From sequence record JPID01000002.1: DNA of 32,000 bases. One strand, given 5' to 3'. Within the stretch, counting starts at the first letter, position 1. Each line of letters starts with the position of its first letter. The notes under the pieces were generated by a model. That model did no database searches. It was not told where the DNA came from and saw only the letters and a list, made by a program, of their open reading frames with translations. Below are positions 18,045 to 31,434 of this stretch, in pieces. A program made the position numbers and the translations under genes.

Positions 18045-18995
18045 ATGAACTTTTTAACTAAAGACAAAGTACTAAAAGTATTCAACTTTTTAGTTGTTAC
18101 TTTTATTAGTATTTCAATTTCAAATTCAGCAAATGCATACCCAATTTTTGCACAACAAAATTATAATCAACCACGTGAAGCGACAGGTCGAATTGTTTGT
18201 GCAAATTGTCATTTAGCACAAAAACCAGTTGAAATTGAAGTTCCACAATCTGTATTACCTGATACAGTGTTTGAAGCTGTTGTAAAAATCCCATATGATC
18301 AACAAATCAAACAAATTGGCTCAAATGGTAAAAAAGCGGGTTTAAATGTTGGTGCAGTATTAATTTTACCTGAAGGGTTCCAATTAGCTCCACCTGAACG
18401 TTTATCAGATGAAATGAAAGCAAAAGTTGGAAAATTATATTTTTCACCATACAGTCCTGAACAAAAAAATATTTTAGTTGTTGGACCAGTCCCTGGAAAA
18501 AAATATAGTGAAATGACATTTCCAATTTTATCACCGGATCCAAGCAAAGATAAATCAGTATCTTATTTAAAATACCCAATATATTTAGGTGGTAATCGTG
18601 GTCGTGGACAATTATATCCAGATGGGTCAAAAAGTAATAATACTGTTTATACAGCTTCTGCTGCTGGTACAATTTCATCAATTGATCCAATTGAAGGTAA
18701 AGGTGGTTTTAATGTAAAAATTAAAACATCTACTGATGAAGAGTCAATAGTAACAATTCCAGCAGGGCCAGAATTATTAGTAAAAGTTGGCGATAGTGTC
18801 AAAGCTGACCAAGCTTTAACAAATAACCCAAATGTAGGTGGTTTTGGTCAAGCTGAAACAGAAGTTGTGTTACAAAATCCAGCCCGTATTCAAGGTTTAT
18901 TAATTTTCTTTGTAACAATTTTATTAGCACAAGTATTCCTTGTTCTTAAGAAAAAACAATTTGAAAAAGTTCAATTAGCAGAAATGAACTTTTAA
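18045..18995 (+). CDS. petA: Cytochrome f (apocytochrome f precursor)
   Basis: 316-aa ORF. The presequence is followed by [27 protein letters not shown] (mature N-terminus plus the CxxCH heme site) and a C-terminal TM segment. Confidence 0.98.
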   Translation: MNFLTKDKVLKVFNFLVVTFISISISNSANAYPIFAQQNYNQPREATGRIVCANCHLAQKPVEIEVPQSVLPDTVFEAVVKIPYDQQIKQIGSNGKKAGLNVGAVLILPEGFQLAPPERLSDEMKAKVGKLYFSPYSPEQKNILVVGPVPGKKYSEMTFPILSPDPSKDKSVSYLKYPIYLGGNRGRGQLYPDGSKSNNTVYTASAAGTISSIDPIEGKGGFNVKIKTSTDEESIVTIPAGPELLVKVGDSVKADQALTNNPNVGGFGQAETEVVLQNPARIQGLLIFFVTILLAQVFLVLKKKQFEKVQLAEMNF

Positions 18996-19027
18996 TGAGT
19001 TTTGAGTTAAAAAAACAGTATTTATTT

Positions 19028-19123
19028 ATGATTACAGTAGCAAGTTATCTAGGCTTTTTAGTTGCTGCATTAGTTACAACTCTTGCTCTTTATATTGGCC
19101 TATTAAAAATTAAATTAATTTAA
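19028..19123 (+). CDS. petL: Cytochrome b6f subunit VI (PetL)
   Basis: 31-aa [34 protein letters not shown]. It lies between petA and petG, which is the conserved petA-petL-petG order. Confidence 0.85.
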   Translation: MITVASYLGFLVAALVTTLALYIGLLKIKLI

Positions 19124-19131
19124 TTAGTACT

Positions 19132-19245
19132 ATGGTAGAACCTTTATTATCAGGTATCGTACTAGGATTAGTTCCAGTAACAATTACAGGTTTATTCGTT
19201 ACTGCATATTTACAGTATCGTCGTGGTGATCAACTTAATATTTAA
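19132..19245 (+). CDS. petG: Cytochrome b6f subunit V (PetG)
   Basis: 37-aa [40 protein letters not shown], a canonical PetG. Confidence 0.95.
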   Translation: MVEPLLSGIVLGLVPVTITGLFVTAYLQYRRGDQLNI

Positions 19246-19267
19246 GTTGACTCAAAAATTTTTATTG

Positions 19268-19298
19268 AGTACTAAGGATAGAATGTATCCTTAGTACT
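19268..19298 (+). terminator. Stem-loop 3' of petG
   Basis: 13-bp perfect stem, AGTACTAAGGATA / TATCCTTAGTACT, with a 5-nt loop. Confidence 0.55.
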
Positions 19299-19338
19299 AT
19301 TAAATAACAAAAAACTGGTAAGTTGATTTCTATATCAG

Positions 19339-19365
19339 AAAATATGCATAATAAAATATGCATAA
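19339..19365 (+). repeat. Tandem 13-nt direct repeat, AAAATATGCATAA x2 with a 1-nt spacer, upstream of psbD
   Basis: Copies at 19339-19351 and 19353-19365 are identical. Each contains the palindrome ATGCAT. The repeat ends about 96 nt upstream of the psbD ATG. Confidence 0.9.
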
Positions 19366-19442
19366 ACAAACAAATTAATTTTTAATTGGATTAAAAAAGT
19401 TAAATAAACTATATAATTTATTTATATAACTTATTTTTATAA

Positions 19443-21888
<2,446 letters not shown>

Positions 21889-21906
21889 ACACGTGAGTTT
21901 TTAATA

Positions 21907-21938
21907 TGATAAAGTTTCTTTCAAAAGAAACTTTATCA
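21907..21938 (+). terminator. Stem-loop 3' of psbC
   Basis: Inverted repeat TGATAAAGTTTCTT / AAGAAACTTTATCA, with up to about 14 bp and a small loop. Confidence 0.55.
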
Positions 21939-21984
21939 AAAAAGTTGTGAAATAGACTAATATTGTATACAATATTAAACAAAA

Positions 21985-22071
21985 GGAAAGATGACCGAGA
22001 GGCCGATGGTACCGCATTGCTAATGCGGCGTAGTCACACGACTACCGAGGGTTCGAATCCCTCTCTTTCCG
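21985..22071 (+). tRNA. trnS(GCU): tRNA-Ser(GCU)
   Basis: GGAAAGATGACCGAGAGGCCGATGGTACCGCATTGCTAATGCGGCGTAGTCACACGACTACCGAGGGTTCGAATCCCTCTCTTTCCG. The anticodon is GCT, and it has a long variable arm. Confidence 0.93.
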
Positions 22072-22088
22072 AACAACTATTTTTTTCC

Positions 22089-22114
22089 GTTGTATAGTCT
22101 TGAAACTATACAAC
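22089..22114. terminator. Stem-loop between the trnS(GCU) 3' end and the ycf3 3' end
   Basis: 10-bp perfect stem, GTTGTATAGT / ACTATACAAC, with a 6-nt loop. It abuts the ycf3 stop codon. Confidence 0.5.
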
Positions 22115-22618
22115 TTAAACACGACCTGTCATTTGAAGCCAATTTTGGGCTTCAATATAATTTGTAGGAGCTAATCTAATTGCTTCACGCCAATAATCAG
22201 CAGCTTTATCAAATAATAATTTGGATACTTCAAGCTGATTATTATCTAATGCTTGTTCACCGCGGTAATGGTATATTACTGCAATATTATTCAAAGCTTG
22301 TGGTAAAGAAGGATTACGTTCTAATGCTTGAAAATAATAATTTAAAGCGCGGGCATGATCACCATTACTAGTATGGATTAATCCAATATTATATAAAATA
22401 TAACTACGATCATAAGCATCCGTTTCTAACCGTAATGCTTCATAATAATTTTGAAGTGCTTCTGCATACTCACCTTCTGATTGAGCAGACATCCCATCAC
22501 GATAGTAACTAAATGCTTGTTTTTCACGATTCGAGGTTGGTAAAACTTTTAATAAAATATCAGCAATAACTGTAAACGTTTTATCAATGAAATTATCATT
22601 TCTTTGAGATCTAGGCAT
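22115..22618 (-). CDS. ycf3: Photosystem I assembly protein Ycf3 (TPR protein, no introns)
   Basis: [87 protein letters not shown] chose the start at the conserved MPRS (22618). The track ORF begins 18 codons further upstream, inside a hairpin. Confidence 0.93.
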   Translation of the reverse strand: MPRSQRNDNFIDKTFTVIADILLKVLPTSNREKQAFSYYRDGMSAQSEGEYAEALQNYYEALRLETDAYDRSYILYNIGLIHTSNGDHARALNYYFQALERNPSLPQALNNIAVIYHYRGEQALDNNQLEVSKLLFDKAADYWREAIRLAPTNYIEAQNWLQMTGRV

Positions 22619-22640
22619 AAGGATAATAATTTTATTAATT

Positions 22641-22672
22641 GTGTTTTTGGATCGAGTTTTATCCAAAAACAC
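22641..22672 (-). terminator. Stem-loop 3' of psbI, upstream of ycf3
   Basis: 12-bp perfect stem, GTGTTTTTGGAT / ATCCAAAAACAC, with an 8-nt loop. Confidence 0.55.
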
Positions 22673-22694
22673 ATAAATTTATAGAATTTACAAT

Positions 22695-22832
<138 letters not shown>

Positions 22833-22855
22833 TTATAGGCTACTATATACTATAT

Positions 22856-22864
22856 AGTATATCA
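22856..22864 (-). promoter_or_regulatory. Candidate extended -10 promoter for psbI (TGaTATACT)
   Basis: The minus strand reads ATATATGATATACTATATA. The -10 box ends 45 nt upstream of the psbI ATG. The 12-nt string TATGATATACTA is identical to the psbA element. Confidence 0.4.
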
Positions 22865-22911
22865 TATATATATAGATATACTGTACTATATTTCCTATAT
22901 AAAAGGAGAAT

Positions 22912-22940
22912 TTTACAAATTAAAATATATAATGTATACT
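22912..22940 (+). promoter_or_regulatory. Candidate PEP promoter for trnT: TTTACA-N17-TATACT
   Basis: TTTACA at 22912-22917, a 17-nt spacer, then TATACT at 22935-22940. The -10 box ends 17 nt upstream of the mature trnT 5' end. Confidence 0.45.
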
Positions 22941-22956
22941 ACATTTAAATGAATAA

Positions 22957-23029
22957 GCCTGCTTAACTCAATTGGCAGAGTATTGGTCTTGTAAACCAAA
23001 GGTTATCGGTTCAACTCCGATAGCAGGCT
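22957..23029 (+). tRNA. trnT(UGU): tRNA-Thr(UGU)
   Basis: GCCTGCTTAACTCAATTGGCAGAGTATTGGTCTTGTAAACCAAAGGTTATCGGTTCAACTCCGATAGCAGGCT. The anticodon loop is CTTGTAA. Confidence 0.92.
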
Positions 23030-23049
23030 AAACTTTATATAAAACAGTC

Positions 23050-23077
23050 TTGAAAACCGTTTCAATCCTATTATAAT
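23050..23077 (+). promoter_or_regulatory. Candidate PEP promoter for the rps2-atp cluster: TTGAAA-N16-TATAAT
   Basis: TTGAAA at 23050-23055, a 16-nt spacer, then a perfect TATAAT at 23072-23077. The -10 box ends 67 nt upstream of the rps2 ATG. Confidence 0.45.
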
Positions 23078-23143
23078 GATAATTATAAAATAGTTTATGA
23101 TTGATAATTACTAATTACTAAGAAATCATTATTCATATCAATA

Positions 23144-23875
23144 ATGGCACAAAAAATTAAATTAGAAGAAATGATTCAAAGTGGAATGCATTTTGGACAT
23201 TTCACACGTGAATGGAACCCAAGAATGACACCATATATTTATGGTGAGCGTAATGGACGCCATATTATTGACTTAGTTCAAACTCATTATTTATTAACTG
23301 AAGTGTTAAACTTCATTGAAAAAAGTGCGAGCCAAGGGAAAACATTTTTATTTGTTGGTACAAAAAAACAAGCAGCTCCTTTAGTTGCTGAGTCTGCATT
23401 AGCATGTAATAGTTATTACGTAAACCAACGTTGGTTAGGTGGAATGTTAACGAATTGGCAAACAATTCAAAAATCTATTCGTAAGTTAAAAAACTATCGA
23501 TTAGCTGAAGAAACAGGTGACTGGAATTTATTAAAAAAACAAGAAGTTGCTAAAAAACGACGTGAAAAACAACGTTTAGAAAAATATTTAGGTGGCTTAG
23601 AAAATATGCCAAATCGACCAGATGTGGTTATTATTATTGGTCAACCTGAAGAAATTCATGCAGTACGTGAATGTCGTCAGTTAAAAATTCCAACAATTAC
23701 TTTATTAGATAGTAATTGTGATCCAACAATGGCAGACTGGTTTGTTCCAATGAATGATGACTCAGTATCAGGATTACGTTTAATTTTAAGTTCATTTGAG
23801 ACAGCAATCCAAATAGGTCAGCAAAAGTATAATGATACGCAACTATTAAAAGAATCAAAACGTAAAACAAATTAA
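23144..23875 (+). CDS. rps2: Ribosomal protein S2
   Basis: 243-aa ORF with MIQSGMHFGHFTREWNPRMTPYIYGERNGRHIIDL and LFVGTKKQA...RWLGGMLTNW. Confidence 0.97.
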   Translation: MAQKIKLEEMIQSGMHFGHFTREWNPRMTPYIYGERNGRHIIDLVQTHYLLTEVLNFIEKSASQGKTFLFVGTKKQAAPLVAESALACNSYYVNQRWLGGMLTNWQTIQKSIRKLKNYRLAEETGDWNLLKKQEVAKKRREKQRLEKYLGGLENMPNRPDVVIIIGQPEEIHAVRECRQLKIPTITLLDSNCDPTMADWFVPMNDDSVSGLRLILSSFETAIQIGQQKYNDTQLLKESKRKTN

Positions 23876-23950
23876 ATTCAACGTTTGATTTATTTAATAA
23901 CTAAAGTTTTCTAAAAAAAAAACTTGAAAAAATTTTAAGGAAGAATAATT

Positions 23951-24670
23951 ATGACAAATTTCTGGTTTGATATTGCCGAAGTTTCTGTAGGTCAACACTG
24001 GTATTGGCAAGTTGGGAACTATCAAATTCACGGCCAAGTATTATTAACAAGTTGGTTTGTATTTGGTGTAATAGCTTTAATTTCTTTATTAGGAAACCAA
24101 AATTTAAAATCAATTCCAGAAGGTTTACAAAATTTAACTGAATATGTCACAGAATATATTCGTGATTTAGCAAAAACACAAATTGGTGAAGAAGATTATA
24201 TCAAATGGGTACCGTTCTTAGGAACAATCTTCTTATTCATTTTTGTTTCAAATTGGTCAGGTGCTTTATTACCATGGCGTGTTCTTGAACTTCCAAATGG
24301 GGAATTAGCCGCACCAACAAATGATATTAATACAACAGTAGCGTTATCATTACTAACGTCAATTGCATATTTTTATGCTGGTATTAGTAAAAAAGGTTTA
24401 GGGTATTTTAAACGATATGTATCACCTGCTGCTTTTTTATTACCAATTAATGTATTAGAAGATTTTACAAAACCATTATCGTTAAGTTTCCGACTTTTTG
24501 GTAATATCTTAGCCGATGAATTAGTAGTAGGTGTATTAATTACTTTAGTACCGCTTGTAATTCCAATTCCAATTATGTTATTAGGTTTATTTACAAGTGC
24601 AATTCAAGCGTTAGTTTTTGCAACTCTAGCTGGTGCTTATATTGGTGAAGCAGTTGAAGATCATCATTAA
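23951..24670 (+). CDS. atpI: ATP synthase CF0 subunit a (IV)
   Basis: 239-aa ORF with [44 protein letters not shown] and a C-terminal EAVEDHH. Confidence 0.97.
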   Translation: MTNFWFDIAEVSVGQHWYWQVGNYQIHGQVLLTSWFVFGVIALISLLGNQNLKSIPEGLQNLTEYVTEYIRDLAKTQIGEEDYIKWVPFLGTIFLFIFVSNWSGALLPWRVLELPNGELAAPTNDINTTVALSLLTSIAYFYAGISKKGLGYFKRYVSPAAFLLPINVLEDFTKPLSLSFRLFGNILADELVVGVLITLVPLVIPIPIMLLGLFTSAIQALVFATLAGAYIGEAVEDHH

Positions 24671-24871
24671 ATAAAAAAAAATCTTTTTCTTACTCTATAT
24701 ATAAGTTTCTATAGACATAGAAATTTCATTTTTTTTACTTATAAAGTAAAATAAATATACTAGATAAATCGAGTGTATCAAAGTCTATTTTTTATCAAAA
24801 AAATATGGTATATTTCTATAAATCTAGTCTAAAAAGAAAATATAAAAATTAGGTTTTATATTCAAATCTAG

Positions 24872-25159
<288 letters not shown>

Positions 25160-25175
25160 TAATTTTAACCTCAAA

Positions 25176-25216
25176 ATTTAGACTTTTTGACTCATTTAAA
25201 GTCAAAAAGTCTAAAT
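25176..25216 (+). terminator. Stem-loop 3' of atpH
   Basis: 17-bp perfect stem, ATTTAGACTTTTTGACT / AGTCAAAAAGTCTAAAT, with a 7-nt loop. Confidence 0.6.
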
Positions 25217-25273
25217 ACATAGTATTTATATTTAGATGCAAATAAACATATAACTAGATTAAGGGGATTTTTC

Positions 25274-25801
25274 ATGTTTTTCACCAATTCATTAGTATTT
25301 GCTGAACAATTTGGTTTTAATACTAATCTTCTTGAAACAAATGTATTAAATTTAGCAGTAGTGTTAACTGTTGTTATTATTTATATCGGTGATGCTTTAA
25401 AAAGTCTTCTTGCTAATAGAAAACAAACAATTTTAAATAATTTTCAAGAAGCAGATAAACGTGCTCTTGAAGCTGAAAATCGTTTAAAAGAAGCCAAAAA
25501 ACAATTTGAAGAAGCTCAAGCAAAAGCAAAACAAATTACAGATCAAGCGACTGTGACAATCGAGCGTGAACGTAATCAAATTGTTCAACAAAATCAAGAA
25601 GATATTCAACGTTTAAGTGTAATGCAAAAAGAAGTATTACAACTTGAGCAACAAAAAGCTCAAAGTGAGCTTGCACAAAAACTAGTAAAATTAGCATTAC
25701 ATCAGGTTAATGAAAAACTTACTCAACGTTTAAATGCATCAGTGCATAGTGCAATAAACAATTTTCAAATTGTTTTATTCACGAATTTTAAACCACAATA
25801 A
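25274..25801 (+). CDS. atpF: ATP synthase CF0 subunit b (I), no intron
   Basis: 175-aa ORF with an N-terminal TM segment (NLLETNVLNLAVVLTVVIIYIGDAL) followed by a long charged coiled-coil region. It lies between atpH and atpA. Confidence 0.9.
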   Translation: MFFTNSLVFAEQFGFNTNLLETNVLNLAVVLTVVIIYIGDALKSLLANRKQTILNNFQEADKRALEAENRLKEAKKQFEEAQAKAKQITDQATVTIERERNQIVQQNQEDIQRLSVMQKEVLQLEQQKAQSELAQKLVKLALHQVNEKLTQRLNASVHSAINNFQIVLFTNFKPQ

Positions 25802-25945
25802 TCAAAAGTATAAACAATATATTGTTTTATTATTTTGAGTAATATAGTTTTTGTAAAAAACATTAACAAAATTAAAAACATTCTGTTTTTATAAAAAAAT
25901 ATAGGTTTCTATATTTTAAACGTGTTTTATCACGTAATCTGTTAA

Positions 25946-27487
<1,542 letters not shown>

Positions 27488-27496
27488 TACTTTATG

Positions 27497-27533
27497 AATC
27501 ATATAAGATAGTACTATTCTATCTTATATGATT
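27497..27533 (+). terminator. Stem-loop plus T-run 3' of atpA (looks like an intrinsic terminator)
   Basis: 15-bp perfect stem, AATCATATAAGATAG / CTATCTTATATGATT, with a 7-nt loop. A run of T residues follows at 27534-27540. Confidence 0.65.
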
Positions 27534-27584
27534 TTTTTTTACTTCTTGTCAAAAAAACTTTTATATATTATTATATAAATAGAA

Positions 27585-27658
27585 GCCTGCTTAGCTCAGT
27601 TGGTCAGAGCGTCCGTCTCATACGCGGAATGTCACTAGTTCAAATCTAGTAGCAGGCA
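27585..27658 (+). tRNA. trnM(CAU): Elongator tRNA-Met(CAU)
   Basis: GCCTGCTTAGCTCAGTTGGTCAGAGCGTCCGTCTCATACGCGGAATGTCACTAGTTCAAATCTAGTAGCAGGCA. The anticodon loop CTCATAC resembles elongator trnM, and the C11:G24 pair is elongator-type. The next three genomic nucleotides happen to be CCA. Confidence 0.8.
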
Positions 27659-27678
27659 CCACTATGAAGCTATCTAAC

Positions 27679-27751
27679 GCGGGTATAGCTCAGTTGGTAG
27701 AGCGGCACCTTGCCAAGGTGCATGTCGCGCGTTCGAGTCGCGTTACCCGCT
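27679..27751 (+). tRNA. trnG(GCC): tRNA-Gly(GCC), copy 2
   Basis: GCGGGTATAGCTCAGTTGGTAGAGCGGCACCTTGCCAAGGTGCATGTCGCGCGTTCGAGTCGCGTTACCCGCT, identical at 73 of 73 nt to the inverted copy at 4035-4107. Confidence 0.95.
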
Positions 27752-27805
27752 ATTAAACAGATTTGCTACTAATTGTAATAATAAAATACACTTTCATTTA
27801 TCATT

Positions 27806-28108
27806 ATGGCTAAAAAAAGCATGATTGCTCGTGATCAAAAACGTTTTGCTTTATATAATAAATATTTAGAGAAAAGAAATTCATTAAAATTCCAAATTAA
27901 ACAAGCTCAATCAATGGAAGAAAAACTTTCATTACATAGAAAATTACAACAATTACCAATAAATAGTTCGCCAACACGATTACATAACCGATGTTCAGTA
28001 ACAGGACGACCGAAAGGTTATTTTCGTGATTTTGGGGTTTCACGACATATTTTACGTGAATATGCTTTAGAAGGATTATTACCTGGTGTTACAAAATCGA
28101 GTTGGTAA
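27806..28108 (+). CDS. rps14: Ribosomal protein S14
   Basis: 100-aa [16 protein letters not shown]... and [43 protein letters not shown]. Confidence 0.97.
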   Translation: MAKKSMIARDQKRFALYNKYLEKRNSLKFQIKQAQSMEEKLSLHRKLQQLPINSSPTRLHNRCSVTGRPKGYFRDFGVSRHILREYALEGLLPGVTKSSW

Positions 28109-28125
28109 TAGCTTGTTTTTTATAT

Positions 28126-28156
28126 TCACATATAGTAAAATATACACTATATGTGA
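28126..28156 (+). terminator. Stem-loop 3' of rps14
   Basis: 11-bp perfect stem, TCACATATAGT / ACTATATGTGA, with a 9-nt loop. Confidence 0.5.
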
Positions 28157-28162
28157 TAAATA

Positions 28163-28235
28163 GGGGCTGTAGTTCAATTGGTGGAGCATCGCCCTGTCAC
28201 GGCGAAAGTTGCGGGTTCGAGTCCCGTCAGTCCCG
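28163..28235 (+). tRNA. trnD(GUC): tRNA-Asp(GUC)
   Basis: GGGGCTGTAGTTCAATTGGTGGAGCATCGCCCTGTCACGGCGAAAGTTGCGGGTTCGAGTCCCGTCAGTCCCG. The anticodon loop is CTGTCAC. Confidence 0.93.
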
Positions 28236-28273
28236 ATTAATATGATATAGTATCATTAGTATCGAATACCCTA

Positions 28274-28302
28274 TTGTCAGATTTCTCAGAATATGCTATT
28301 CT
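28274..28302 (+). promoter_or_regulatory. Candidate PEP promoter for rbcL: TTGTCA-N17 (including TGc)-TATTCT
   Basis: TTGTCA at 28274-28279, a 17-nt spacer ending in TGC, then TATTCT at 28297-28302. The -10 box ends 86 nt upstream of the rbcL ATG. Confidence 0.45.
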
Positions 28303-28316
28303 TTGTTATATAAGAT

Positions 28317-28334
28317 GTCTAAAATATTTTAGAC
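28317..28334 (+). promoter_or_regulatory. Palindrome / small stem-loop in the putative rbcL 5' UTR
   Basis: A perfect 18-nt palindrome, GTCTAAAATATTTTAGAC, lying between the candidate promoter and the rbcL ATG. Confidence 0.4.
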
Positions 28335-28387
28335 TTATTTTCGGGCAGATTGTAAAATCATAATATAGAAATATTTTATTTATTAAA

Positions 28388-29815
28388 ATGGCTCCACAAA
28401 CTGAAACTAAAGCATCTGCTGGATTTAAAGCAGGGGTAAAAGATTACCGTTTAACTTACTACACTCCAGACTATCAAGTAAAAGAAACTGATATTCTTGC
28501 AGCATTCCGTATGACACCTCAACCAGGTGTACCACCAGAAGAATGTGGTGCAGCGGTAGCAGCTGAATCATCAACTGGTACTTGGACTACAGTATGGACT
28601 GATGGTTTAACTAGCTTAGATCGTTACAAAGGCCGTTGTTACGATCTTGAACCTGTACCAGGTGAAGATAACCAGTACATCGCGTATGTTGCATACCCTC
28701 TTGATTTATTTGAAGAAGGTTCTGTAACTAACTTATTTACTTCAATTGTAGGTAACGTATTTGGTTTCAAAGCTCTTCGTGCATTACGTTTAGAAGATTT
28801 ACGAATCCCACCAGCTTACGTTAAATCATTCCAAGGTCCTCCACATGGTATCCAAGTAGAGCGTGATAAATTAAACAAATATGGTCGTGCTTTATTAGGT
28901 TGTACAATTAAACCTAAATTAGGTCTTTCTGCGAAAAACTACGGTCGTGCTGTATACGAATGTTTACGTGGTGGTCTTGACTTTACTAAAGATGATGAAA
29001 ACGTTAACTCACAACCATTTATGCGTTGGAGAGATCGTTTCTTATTCGTAGCTGAAGCACTTTACAAATCACAAGCTGAAACTGGTGAAATTAAAGGTCA
29101 CTACTTAAATGCAACAGCTGGTACATGTGAAGAAATGCTTAAACGTGCTCAGTGTGCTAAAGAATTAGGTGTACCTATTGTCATGCACGATTACTTAACA
29201 GGTGGTTTCACAGCTAACACTACTTTAGCACACTACTGTCGTGATAATGGTTTATTATTACACATTCACCGTGCGATGCATGCTGTAATTGACCGTCAAC
29301 GTAACCATGGTATGCACTTCCGTGTTTTAGCTAAAGCATTACGTCTATCAGGTGGTGATCACTTACACTCAGGTACTGTTGTAGGTAAACTAGAAGGTGA
29401 ACGTGAAGTAACTTTAGGTTTCGTAGATTTAATGCGTGATGATTACATTGAAAAAGATCGTAGTCGTGGTATTTACTTTACACAAGACTGGGTTTCTTTA
29501 CCAGGTACAATACCAGTAGCTTCTGGTGGTATTCACGTATGGCATATGCCAGCATTAGTTGAAATCTTTGGTGATGATGCTTGTTTACAATTCGGTGGTG
29601 GTACATTAGGTCACCCTTGGGGTAACGCTCCTGGTGCTGCTGCAAACCGTGTAGCTTTAGAAGCTTGTACTCAAGCTCGTAACGAAGGTCGTGACCTTGC
29701 TCGTGAAGGTGGTGATGTAATTCGTGCTGCATGTAAATGGAGTCCTGAATTAGCAGCTGCTTGTGAAGTTTGGAAAGAAATTAAATTTGAATTCGAAACA
29801 ATCGATACTCTTTAA
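28388..29815 (+). CDS. rbcL: RuBisCO large subunit (form IB)
   Basis: 475-aa [78 protein letters not shown]. This is green-type rbcL. Confidence 0.99.
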   Translation: MAPQTETKASAGFKAGVKDYRLTYYTPDYQVKETDILAAFRMTPQPGVPPEECGAAVAAESSTGTWTTVWTDGLTSLDRYKGRCYDLEPVPGEDNQYIAYVAYPLDLFEEGSVTNLFTSIVGNVFGFKALRALRLEDLRIPPAYVKSFQGPPHGIQVERDKLNKYGRALLGCTIKPKLGLSAKNYGRAVYECLRGGLDFTKDDENVNSQPFMRWRDRFLFVAEALYKSQAETGEIKGHYLNATAGTCEEMLKRAQCAKELGVPIVMHDYLTGGFTANTTLAHYCRDNGLLLHIHRAMHAVIDRQRNHGMHFRVLAKALRLSGGDHLHSGTVVGKLEGEREVTLGFVDLMRDDYIEKDRSRGIYFTQDWVSLPGTIPVASGGIHVWHMPALVEIFGDDACLQFGGGTLGHPWGNAPGAAANRVALEACTQARNEGRDLAREGGDVIRAACKWSPELAAACEVWKEIKFEFETIDTL

Positions 29816-29833
29816 TTTTTTTTTGAGACTCAT

Positions 29834-29863
29834 TTCTTACGGAATTTCAATATTCCGTAAGAA
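29834..29863 (+). terminator. Stem-loop 3' of rbcL
   Basis: 12-bp perfect stem, TTCTTACGGAAT / ATTCCGTAAGAA, with a 6-nt loop. Confidence 0.6.
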
Positions 29864-29918
29864 TTAAATAAAAAAATAATTTATTTTATGGTATAATCAT
29901 TATAGATGATTTCTTCAA

Positions 29919-30002
29919 GCATCCATGGCAGAGTGGTCGATTGCATCGCACTCATAATGCGATTTCATATGAACGTCGTTGGTTCAAACCCAACTGGATG
30001 CA
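29919..30002 (+). tRNA. trnI(CAU): CAU-anticodon tRNA with a trnI(CAU)-like acceptor stem and an unusually long variable arm (84 nt)
   Basis: GCATCCATGGCAGAGTGGTCGATTGCATCGCACTCATAATGCGATTTCATATGAACGTCGTTGGTTCAAACCCAACTGGATGCA. The acceptor GCATCCA/TGGATGC+A matches plastid trnI(CAU) as I remember it. The anticodon stem-loop is TCGCA-CTCATAA-TGCGA. The variable region is 15 nt and contains the palindrome TTCATATGAA. The assignment to Ile (lysidine) rests on elimination, because trnfM and elongator trnM are both present in this window, and on acceptor similarity. It is an inference. Confidence 0.7.
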
Positions 30003-30255
30003 AATAATTGACTATTAGAATCAATTCGTATAATTGATAATTAACATAATTTTGAGAAAAATAAGTTATGAAATACTAGACCAGAAATTGGTTATTGATA
30101 TTTTTAGGAAAAAAAATTATTTCTTATAGAAGTAATATATTCAATTAATATATAAACTCAATAACTTGGTTTGCAATTATATTTATAATTGCAGTATCTA
30201 GATAGAAAATCTAAATAAAAAACTAGAATACAGCTAATTTTTATCGAAAAAATAA

Positions 30256-30284
30256 ATTTCAGAGAGATTATCTCTCTCTGAAAT
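30256..30284 (-). terminator. Stem-loop 3' of psbA
   Basis: 12-bp perfect stem, ATTTCAGAGAGA / TCTCTCTGAAAT, with a 5-nt loop. It lies 27 nt downstream of the psbA stop codon on the minus strand. Confidence 0.6.
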
Positions 30285-30310
30285 AAGTAATGATTGACTT
30301 AGTAGAAGAA

Positions 30311-31375
<1,065 letters not shown>

Positions 31376-31434
31376 TTAAATCTTGTTAATTTTTTTCCTA
31401 ATATGGAATGTTTCCCAAAATTATAAATATATAA

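Noticed and set aside
22619-22672. 18-codon N-terminal extension of ycf3 in the ORF track. There are similar upstream TTG extensions for atpH (24896) and rpl12 (16217).
   Set aside because: The conserved protein N-termini (MPRSQ..., MNPLIAAAS..., MSTTTNEIL...) begin at internal ATGs that have better ribosome-binding context. The ycf3 extension also runs into the psbI 3' hairpin.
22931-22951. Mini-ORF ATG TAT ACT ACA TTT AAA TGA downstream of an SD-like AAAGGAGA at 22902-22909
   Set aside because: It has only 6 codons and sits inside the candidate trnT promoter. It would be the only TGA stop codon in the window, so it is almost certainly fortuitous.
27659-27661. Genomically encoded CCA after trnM(CAU)
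   Set aside because: Plastid tRNA genes normally lack an encoded CCA. With 15 tRNA genes in the window, one chance CCA (1 in 64 per gene) is not surprising, and no other tRNA here has it.
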